64,000 nt of DNA, from positions 249,232 through 313,231 of the forward strand of contig JBJLBP010000001.1 of the NCBI GenBank assembly GCA_045568075.1. The letters are read 5' to 3'. The DNA is from Candidatus Thalassarchaeaceae archaeon. Lineage in GTDB: Archaea; Thermoplasmatota; Poseidoniia; Poseidoniales; Thalassarchaeaceae. Both the position numbers and the translations under genes were made by a program. The notes below the pieces were generated by a model. It had not been told where the DNA came from and made no database searches. It was given only the letters and a program-made list of their open reading frames with translations. Of the stretch, positions 57,344 through 64,000 are shown in pieces; position 1 is the stretch's first letter, and every line of letters starts with the position of its first letter.

Positions 57344-57772
57344 TCACTCCGCTCCGCAGAATTTCAAAGCCACGAATTCAGTATTCGTCGGCTCACGATT
57401 CATCGATTCAGCATCCATCACTCGAAGGTGCAGCTCACCGACCACATGAATCGTCGCATGATACAGATGCCCACCATGGACATGGTGACCATTGTCTGAC
57501 ATGATTGTGTGAAGGTGAGTGAATGGACCGTCAGGTCCGGGCATCAGATTCCCTTGAGTCGAGAGTAATTCCATCGGTCCATCGTGGTCGAGAGTCTGGT
57601 AAACTCCGTCTGAGTCTAAGTATCCTATACGAATATCTCTGACTCGGCCAATTCCGCTCGTGATCGCCGCGCACTTGATTCCATGCTCAGCCAAGCTCTG
57701 GATTGATGCGTGAATCTCTTCGCCGGGGTCAAGTCGCAGAATGACGTCATCTCCTTCTCGGATGAACTCCAT
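57344..57772 (-). CDS. PPC/DUF296-domain protein
   Basis: 142 aa; weak resemblance to PPC (DUF296) domain proteins. In operon with the hydrolase. Confidence 0.4.
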   Translation of the reverse strand: MEFIREGDDVILRLDPGEEIHASIQSLAEHGIKCAAITSGIGRVRDIRIGYLDSDGVYQTLDHDGPMELLSTQGNLMPGPDGPFTHLHTIMSDNGHHVHGGHLYHATIHVVGELHLRVMDAESMNREPTNTEFVALKFCGAE

Positions 57773-57898
57773 AGACCGTCCACCGAGAGGGAGTGCTTCA
57801 ATGCCACGTAGGTTGTTTTTCCCTCTCTCAATCGCGATTATCCACTGTCTGAGTAGGCTGTTCTTCCGGTGGGCACGGCGAACCCCAGTCAGAAGTTG

Positions 57899-57967
57899 CA
57901 GTGGAAGGGCTCAGCCCCTCATTTTGGCGACGTCAAGCGATGAAACCCTCCAGTGGAAGCAGAGGGG
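57899..57967 (+). promoter_or_regulatory. Two direct ORB-like elements (CAGTGGAAG at 57899-57907; GAAACCCTCCAGTGGAAGCAGAGGGG at 57942-57967) immediately upstream of mcm
   Basis: Core TCCAGTGGAA followed by a G-string matches the archaeal Orc1/Cdc6 origin-recognition-box consensus as I remember it. The region is non-coding. Confidence 0.4.
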
Positions 57968-58025
57968 TCGAGATTCCCATCCGCTTTGTTCATAGACCAC
58001 GGATTATCACTTCCCGCGCCCGGCG

Positions 58026-60194
58026 GTGAAATCAATGACGATGGCAGCACACGACTCCTCTGCGCGGTGGCGGACTTTCTTCAATGAAGCCAAGGAATCG
58101 GAGATCGTTCTTCTCCTGTCAAAACAGTCTGAAAATGCTGTTCTTCCAATCACTTTCCACGAACTCCAGGCCTTCGACCCAGAGTTCGCCGAAGACGTGC
58201 TCATTGATCCACGCAATATCATCGATAACGGGCGTGACACGCTCACAGAGATCTGTCGTGAGCGCGGGGAGGACATCGATTGTCTGCTACGCGTGGGTGA
58301 ACTGCCCAAGGACAGCAGGCGCGACCTTCGTGATGTGGGTAGCCGTGATATTGGGAAATTACGTAGCGCTGAAGTTATTGTGACAAAAATCAGCGAAATC
58401 AAGCCTCGTATTCACCGTGCTGTCTTCCAATGCGAGGCTTGCGGTCACACAGTAGAGAAGATTCAGGACAACGAGCGCGAACTCAAGGAGCCGCTTCGTT
58501 GTCCCGAGGAAACTGGTTGTGGAGAGATAGCAGGCCGCTCTGGAGGAACCCGTTTCATATTGGTGATGAACGTCTCTCGAATGGTAAACAACCAGTGGAT
58601 AGAGGTGCAAGAGGTTCCCGAGAACGTGCCGAGTGGAGCCCAACCATCTCGCGCTCACGTTCTCGTTGAAGGCGAACTTGTGAACAAGCATCTTCCTGGT
58701 CAGAGGGTCATAATCAACATGATTCCAGTTGTTCATTCTGAGGTCAAGAGGAATAAGAAGACCCCGATGTTCGACATCATCTATCACCTCGTAAGTTCTG
58801 AGCACGAAAGCACTCCATTCACTGAGATCAAAATTTCTGATGAGGACCGCGAAGCAATCATCGATGTTGGCTCGCGCCCGGATCTTTTGCAATTGATGCA
58901 GCGCTCGATAGCGCCATCGATTTACGCCACCGGAGTAGTGCATTACGTCAAGCGCAGCCTCGCTCTCCAGCTCTTTGGAGGCGTATCTCGCATCAATAAG
59001 GACGCGACGCGCTCTCGCGGCGACGTCCACATCCTGCTAATGGGCGACCCTGGAGTCGCTAAATCCCAACTTCTGAACTACATGTCAAAACTCTCACCGC
59101 GAGGCATGTTCGCGACCGGCGGTGGTGTCTCGGGCGCAGGTCTCACTGCCGCCGCTGTTCGCGACGATTTCGGTGGCGGCGGACGCTTCGCCCTCGAAGC
59201 CGGTATTCTTCCACTTTCAGACCGTGGAATGGCGGCGATCGACGAATTCGACAAGATTAGTGAGGAAGATCGCCGCACCATGCACCCCGCTATGGAACAA
59301 CAGCGCCTCGATGTCTCAAAGGGCGGTGTCAAAGCGACTCTGAACACCCGCTGCGCTGTATTGGCAGCAGCTAACCCGATCCGAGGGCGATTCACTAAGC
59401 GAGGTGCGAACGAGAGCGTTATGCATTCATTCAATGAGACAGGTCTTCCTCCAGCCCTCGCCTCTCGTTTCGACATCATCTGGATGTTGCGAGATGAGGT
59501 CCGGGTCGATGATGACGAGCGTATCGGTCGTCACATTCTCGAGATCAGAACTCAGGGAATCAGCGAGTCGAAGATTGACGAAGCGATGGAATTAGACCTC
59601 CGCGAAGCTGACGAGGGTCTGATTTACGACAAAGGAGTCGATGGTTCGGAGCACCTCACTGTAGAGTTTCTTCGCAAGTTCATCGCTTATGCTAAGCGTA
59701 ACATCCACCCCGATCTCAACACCGACGCGAAGGCGCTGATTCTCGATTATTACACCAAGGAGAGACAGTCTTTCGGCCGAGATGAGCAACAGTATGCCGA
59801 GACCGAGGTAATCCCGATTACTCCGCGTGCGCTTGAGGGTCTGATTCGCTTGACTGAAGCTCACGCAAGAATGCATCTTCGCGAGATTGCCACAGCCGAC
59901 GACGCGAAGATGGCGATGGCTATCTTCCGCCACTGGCGCGAGGAAGCAGGAATCGAGGATGAATCGGAACTGATGTCCGGGGTGTCTGTTTCTCAAAGGA
60001 ACGCGGGTAATGTAGTCAGAGCCGTATTACGAGACCTGTGCACAGACAAGGGTGTGGCTGAACTTACCAATATCCTCAACCGCTGCGAAAACCGCGGTGT
60101 CAAGAATTTCCAAGTCGAAGAGGTGCTCTCTAACATGCTTCAGAGTGGCGAACTCTTCAGCCCTCGCATCGAGGAGTATTCTTTCGCCCGCTGA
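58026..60194 (+). CDS. mcm: MCM replicative helicase
   Basis: Zn finger CEACGHTVEK...CPEETGC, Walker A GDPGVAKSQLL, Walker B IDEFDKI, arginine finger SRFD. Confidence 0.9.
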   Translation: MKSMTMAAHDSSARWRTFFNEAKESEIVLLLSKQSENAVLPITFHELQAFDPEFAEDVLIDPRNIIDNGRDTLTEICRERGEDIDCLLRVGELPKDSRRDLRDVGSRDIGKLRSAEVIVTKISEIKPRIHRAVFQCEACGHTVEKIQDNERELKEPLRCPEETGCGEIAGRSGGTRFILVMNVSRMVNNQWIEVQEVPENVPSGAQPSRAHVLVEGELVNKHLPGQRVIINMIPVVHSEVKRNKKTPMFDIIYHLVSSEHESTPFTEIKISDEDREAIIDVGSRPDLLQLMQRSIAPSIYATGVVHYVKRSLALQLFGGVSRINKDATRSRGDVHILLMGDPGVAKSQLLNYMSKLSPRGMFATGGGVSGAGLTAAAVRDDFGGGGRFALEAGILPLSDRGMAAIDEFDKISEEDRRTMHPAMEQQRLDVSKGGVKATLNTRCAVLAAANPIRGRFTKRGANESVMHSFNETGLPPALASRFDIIWMLRDEVRVDDDERIGRHILEIRTQGISESKIDEAMELDLREADEGLIYDKGVDGSEHLTVEFLRKFIAYAKRNIHPDLNTDAKALILDYYTKERQSFGRDEQQYAETEVIPITPRALEGLIRLTEAHARMHLREIATADDAKMAMAIFRHWREEAGIEDESELMSGVSVSQRNAGNVVRAVLRDLCTDKGVAELTNILNRCENRGVKNFQVEEVLSNMLQSGELFSPRIEEYSFAR

Positions 60195-60198
60195 GCCT

Positions 60199-61896
60199 AT
60201 GAGCGATGACCGTTCGCTTACCTTCGTGAGCAGCGGCGAGCCGCGCGGCGATATCTCGAAGCCCTCGGATCTAGATCCACTGGGTCTTGGCTTCATGTGC
60301 GGCCTCGAAATCCATCAGCAACTCAAAACCGGCAAGCTGCATTCGCGCATGCCGAGCACACTCTATGAGGTGGGAATCGATGAGATACCCCCAGATTGGG
60401 AACGGCAGAGCCGCCGCCTTCGAGCTGCTCAGGGTGAGGGCGGCCGTGTCGACGTAGCGGCGCGCTTTGAGGCGCGCCGCAACCGCTCCTTCGTCTATGT
60501 TCAATCGCCTAATTCGGGTTTGATCGAATTAGACGAAGCACCTCCACTATCTCACGACGAAGCAGCCGTTAGCGCTGCTTTGACAATCAGCGCGATGATG
60601 GCTGCGAAGCCAGTTCCATTCTTGCAAGCTATGCGCAAGACGGTAATCGATGGCTCGAATACCAGTGGATTTCAACGTACGACACTGATTGCAACCGACG
60701 GCAAGATTCAGACAGATTTGGGTGCCGTCGGCGTCGATGTAATCTGCCTCGAGGAGGATTCAGCTCGCAAATTAGACACTAAATCCACCGCGGGTGGGGA
60801 GGTAGTCATCTACACTCTCGATAGACTCGGAGTGCCCCTTGTTGAGATTGCAACCGCTCCAGATGTGCAGACTCCTGAGCATGCTAAGGAGACGGCACTC
60901 GCTCTAGGAACAATGCTCCGTGACACCCGTATGGTGCGTCGCGGATTGGGTTCGATTCGTCAGGATCTCAACGTCAGTATCGCTTGTGGTGACCGAGTCG
61001 AAATCAAGGGTTGTCAAGATCTAGATTGGATTCCTCGGATCATCCGACTTGAGATGGCTCGCCAATTACACATGTTCCGTCTCGCGACCGAACTTCGTTC
61101 CGAGGCGAGTCTTCCAGCACTTCCAAGCGACCGACGCGATGATCAAACTCCTGTCGAAAATCGCGTCGCCAAAGCCGCAGCAGCCCGAATTCCGATGCAA
61201 CTCCAAGATGTGACTGGCGCCTTTGTCGACTGCACATCGACAATGATTGAGCGAGCACTGGCCAAGGGAGATAGCGTCAAATCAACAATCCTACCAGGAT
61301 TCGCCGGCCGAATCGGAACCAAGCAATTAGACGAGGAGGGCTCTCAACTACCTCGCCTCGGCCGAGAACTTGCTAGCGCCGCCAAATTAGCTGGTGTCGC
61401 AGGAATTTTCCACTCCGACGAACTACCAGCCTACGGAATCGGTCAGAAAGAGGTCGACACAATCAGAACAGCCCTCGAGCTTGACGAATCAGATGCCTTC
61501 GTCCTCTGTGTAGCACCAGAGTGGCAAGCCGACCTCGCACTCGAATCAGTCATCACCCGAGCCCGCCAAGCCTACCACCGTATTCCGCAAGAAGTCCGCA
61601 ACGTCGTCATTCGCAAGGGAGCGCCTGAAGACGGCACCACTACCGCCATGCGGCCACTTCCCGGTGGAGCGCGGATGTATCCGGAGACCGACATCCCAGT
61701 CGTGCCTCTCGACGAACAGCGCTGGTCGAGCATCAGTGATGATCTACCACTCAACAGAATCCAGAGAAACGAGAGACTGAGCGCCTATGACATATCTAGT
61801 AACCAAGTAGAAGCCCTACTTGGAGCCGAACTTGATGATGTTCTCGTCACTGCTGTTGAAGGTGGACTATACGGCTGCCCGAGGCGTGCCAGCTAA
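60199..61896 (+). CDS. gatE: Glu-tRNA(Gln) amidotransferase subunit E (GatE), N-terminal ~566 aa; reading frame ends prematurely
   Basis: GLEIHQQL...KL start motif of GatE. ATG 60199 chosen (ORF 60052 overlaps mcm). Stop at 61896 precedes the expected C-terminal GatB/YqeY-like domain, which is found in another frame. Confidence 0.75.
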   Translation: MSDDRSLTFVSSGEPRGDISKPSDLDPLGLGFMCGLEIHQQLKTGKLHSRMPSTLYEVGIDEIPPDWERQSRRLRAAQGEGGRVDVAARFEARRNRSFVYVQSPNSGLIELDEAPPLSHDEAAVSAALTISAMMAAKPVPFLQAMRKTVIDGSNTSGFQRTTLIATDGKIQTDLGAVGVDVICLEEDSARKLDTKSTAGGEVVIYTLDRLGVPLVEIATAPDVQTPEHAKETALALGTMLRDTRMVRRGLGSIRQDLNVSIACGDRVEIKGCQDLDWIPRIIRLEMARQLHMFRLATELRSEASLPALPSDRRDDQTPVENRVAKAAAARIPMQLQDVTGAFVDCTSTMIERALAKGDSVKSTILPGFAGRIGTKQLDEEGSQLPRLGRELASAAKLAGVAGIFHSDELPAYGIGQKEVDTIRTALELDESDAFVLCVAPEWQADLALESVITRARQAYHRIPQEVRNVVIRKGAPEDGTTTAMRPLPGGARMYPETDIPVVPLDEQRWSSISDDLPLNRIQRNERLSAYDISSNQVEALLGAELDDVLVTAVEGGLYGCPRRAS

Positions 61897-62341
61897 GGCA
61901 ATGGCATCGGCTATGCTCGACAATACTCGATTGGAGATTGCCGAAGGTACCGATTACGCAACCGAAGAGATTCCTTGGCCCATTCTGACACTAGCCATCT
62001 ACGCGCGCGAAGAAGGTATCATCACTCGCGAAGGTCTCGTATCGATGACTCGAACTCTTCTGCTTGAAGGCCCCTCATTCACTACCACAGAGTTCGAAGA
62101 TCGTCTCAAATGGTTTGCAGCAAGGGCCGAGCAAGACGGCTTCACTCCAGCCGATTCATCAGCAGTCGAGGATGCTGTCAACGCCGTCCTTGCCGACCGT
62201 GTTGATTTCGTAAAAGAACGCGGTTTAGGCGCAATAGGGCCACTAATGGGTATGGTTATGGGTGAATTGGGAGGGGCTGCCGATGGTAAGATCGTTAGCC
62301 AGACCTTGAAGCAGAAAATCAACGAAATCTTGGAAGGTTGA
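61862..62341 (+). pseudogene. gatE: GatE C-terminal (GatB/YqeY-like) domain in +1 frame relative to upstream gatE. Apparent frameshift (genuine or sequencing error)
   Basis: Frame-2 translation ...TAARGVPAKAMASAMLDNTRLEIAEG...LGAIGPLMGMVMGELGGAADGKIVSQTLKQ is the GatE/GatB tail domain. The two frames overlap between 61820 and 61896. Confidence 0.6.
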
Positions 62342-62404
62342 TTGCTTTCAAGCACTGTTCATCCCGAGTAAATTGATAGACTATACACACAGCCATCGGC
62401 CTCC

Positions 62405-62956
62405 ATGGCGACGAATCTCAAACCTGTATCTCTCGTCGTCGTCGTCGTTCTCATCATCCTCACCCCAGCCATCCAGAACGAACTCCGTGACAAGGCTGCA
62501 ACCTACGTCAACGATAGCGAATCCTCTCATGATGGACTACCTGACTCGTGGAATAACCAACAGGTGCTTTGCGTCATGTTCCCAACCGACGCACCTCACT
62601 CCGAGTTTGCAACAGGCGTCACCATGATCGAAACCGACGGAACCACACTCGGCGTTAACACCGACTTCAACGGAACCGGGGCTTGTGTCGGTGGCTTCAC
62701 TGGCTATACTGAGGGCATGCCCTTCTTCCTCGACGCGACGAATGGTACTGATGGCGATCTTGCAGTCGGTTACGACATGGGTGACTGGGGTCCCTATGTT
62801 CACACAATTGGTGGACTGAACGCCAACAATCTCACCGGAGATTTCACTGGAGCCTACTGGGAATTGCACCACAATGGGGAAATTTCGATGGTTGGAATAG
62901 GCGATGTTTTGCTCTCCGAAGGTGATGTTCTGCTCTGGCGCATCGGCACATGGTGA
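62405..62956 (+). CDS. Secreted/membrane-anchored DUF4430-like (transcobalamin-like beta-domain) protein, possible cobalamin-binding
   Basis: N-terminal hydrophobic anchor. C-terminal GAYWELHHNGEISMVGIGDVLLSEGDVLLWRI resembles the DUF4430 signature (YW..vNG......G......L.dGD.i.W.y). Confidence 0.5.
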   Translation: MATNLKPVSLVVVVVLIILTPAIQNELRDKAATYVNDSESSHDGLPDSWNNQQVLCVMFPTDAPHSEFATGVTMIETDGTTLGVNTDFNGTGACVGGFTGYTEGMPFFLDATNGTDGDLAVGYDMGDWGPYVHTIGGLNANNLTGDFTGAYWELHHNGEISMVGIGDVLLSEGDVLLWRIGTW

Positions 62957-63014
62957 GTGTGTAATTCAGCAACCATGAAGTGGGACCTGACATCCAGACA
63001 GACGGGGTTACTCC

Positions 63015-63668
63015 ATGTACGACTTCCACAACATCGCTTTGACACCGACTCAGGCATTCCTACTGAACGCTGGAATCCTCTCCGTGATCGTCCTTGCCTT
63101 ACTTCGAAGTGAGCGTAAATTGGATGATTCTAACCCGCTCGCGATGCTCGCGATTTTGGCTATTTTTGGAATCGGTGGAAGGGTTCTGCTTGAGCCTCTC
63201 CCTAACGTCCAGCCTGTGACTGTAATCGTGTTACTGGCTGGTATTTACTACGGCGCCCCACGTGCGCTTGCTCTCGCAGGTATCATCGCGCTCGTCTCAA
63301 ACGTCGCTGTCCTCGGCCATGGCCCTTGGACGCTATTTCAGGTGGTTGGATGGGGAGCTGTCGGCCTTGCTGGCGCTTTGTTCGCCGACCGACTTCTGAA
63401 GGATGGCGAGCTGCAATTGCACCGAGTTGCAGCGCTCGCCATGATTTCTGGAATTGCTTTCAATTGGATTGTATCTTCGAGCATCTTGTTGAAGACTGAT
63501 GTATCGATGCTCGCGCCTTACTTGTTGAATGGATTACTCTACGATCTCTACCACGCTGTTGGCAACCTCGTCTTCGTCGCGTGGCTCGCAGCCCCGCTGG
63601 GCGAGATAATGCTGCGTCATAGGGTCAAGCCAAGCGCCGAAGCGGTGAGCGAAGTTGTCACAAACTGA
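63015..63668 (+). CDS. Integral membrane protein, possible ECF-transporter S-component-like
   Basis: 217 aa, ~6 TM helices, directly downstream of the DUF4430-like gene. Family assignment tentative. Confidence 0.4.
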   Translation: MYDFHNIALTPTQAFLLNAGILSVIVLALLRSERKLDDSNPLAMLAILAIFGIGGRVLLEPLPNVQPVTVIVLLAGIYYGAPRALALAGIIALVSNVAVLGHGPWTLFQVVGWGAVGLAGALFADRLLKDGELQLHRVAALAMISGIAFNWIVSSSILLKTDVSMLAPYLLNGLLYDLYHAVGNLVFVAWLAAPLGEIMLRHRVKPSAEAVSEVVTN

Positions 63669-63675
63669 GCTCACA

Positions 63676-64000
63676 ATGGTCCTTGTGACCCGAGCCGACC
63701 TCAAGCTATCCAAAGGCAAGTTGGCTGCCCAGTGTGGTCATGCTGTGATGGAATGTGCACTGCGTGCCAAGAAAGAGTCCCCGAGAGAACTCGACCGCTA
63801 CCGGCGCGAGGGGGCTCGGAAAATTGTTTGCAAAGCGGCTGATGAAGAGGCCCTTCGTAAGATTCTAGCTCATGCCAAGTCAGCGGGTGTCATCGCATAT
63901 CTGGTGAAGGATGCGGGCCATACTGAGATACCTCCTGGAACGGTAACAGTTGTAGGACTTGGGCCCGGCCCGCGCGGTGAAATCGACAAGATTACCGGTC
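63676..64000 (+). CDS. pth2: Peptidyl-tRNA hydrolase, archaeal type (Pth2), 3'-truncated by window end
   Basis: LKLSKGKLAAQCGHA...DAGHTEIPPGTVTVVGLGP are Pth2 motifs. Confidence 0.85.
   Translation, partial: MVLVTRADLKLSKGKLAAQCGHAVMECALRAKKESPRELDRYRREGARKIVCKAADEEALRKILAHAKSAGVIAYLVKDAGHTEIPPGTVTVVGLGPGPRGEIDKITG

Noticed and set aside
60052-60198. Upstream extension of gatE overlapping the 3' end of mcm
   Set aside because: The GatE homology starts at Met 60199, and the upstream residues lie in the mcm coding region.
1-64000. CRISPR arrays, rRNA genes, IS elements/transposases/integrases
   Set aside because: No regularly spaced direct repeats, no rRNA-like conserved stretches, and no transposase/integrase-like ORFs were recognisable by eye. 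This cannot be excluded without a computational repeat search.

Overview
This 64 kb window is a gene-dense archaeal chromosomal segment. Archaeal hallmarks are an MCM helicase, GatE, Pth2, Trm1, the L18e-L13-S9-RpoN block, PAC2 paralogs and a PGF-CTERM sorting signal. The encoded proteins are strongly acidic, which suggests a salt-adapted or marine euryarchaeon (Halobacteria-like or Poseidoniales-like); I cannot determine the lineage from sequence alone. Gene content in order: (1) the 5' part of a class II (adenosylcobalamin-type) ribonucleotide reductase gene running off the left edge on the minus strand, then OsmC, NADP-isocitrate dehydrogenase and a DEAD-box helicase with an RGG tail; (2) a FAS1-repeat / cupredoxin / PGF-CTERM surface protein containing a near-identical internal 1 kb duplication; (3) a complete fatty-acid beta-oxidation cluster (thiolase, fused HCDH/ECH, ACAD, hydrolase, ACBP, hotdog protein, NMO-type reductase) with candidate operator repeats; (4) a 1127 aa protein with a C-terminal PIN domain; (5) DHH/DHHA1 phosphoesterase, Nudix, PduO-type cobalamin adenosyltransferase and RlmH; (6) a 2658 aa giant surface protein carrying dozens of TSP3-like Ca-binding repeats, an embedded blue-copper domain and a C-terminal membrane anchor with a cytoplasmic tail; (7) the ribosomal protein/rpoN block, tRNA-Pro and NAD-dependent DNA ligase; (8) a nuclease-rich stretch (Cas4-like Fe-S PD-(D/E)XK nuclease, DEDDh exonuclease), PAC2 paralogs, tRNA-Arg, Nfu, MoaA, Trm1 and PurM; (9) an unusual Liv-type ABC transporter with a tandem-duplicated fused substrate-binding protein and a fused LivH-LivM permease; (10) MCM preceded by ORB-like repeats, a frameshifted gatE, a DUF4430-like protein with a membrane partner (possible B12 uptake) and partial pth2. 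No CRISPR array, rRNA or obvious transposase was seen. All functional calls come from reading motifs in the supplied translations; no database search was possible.
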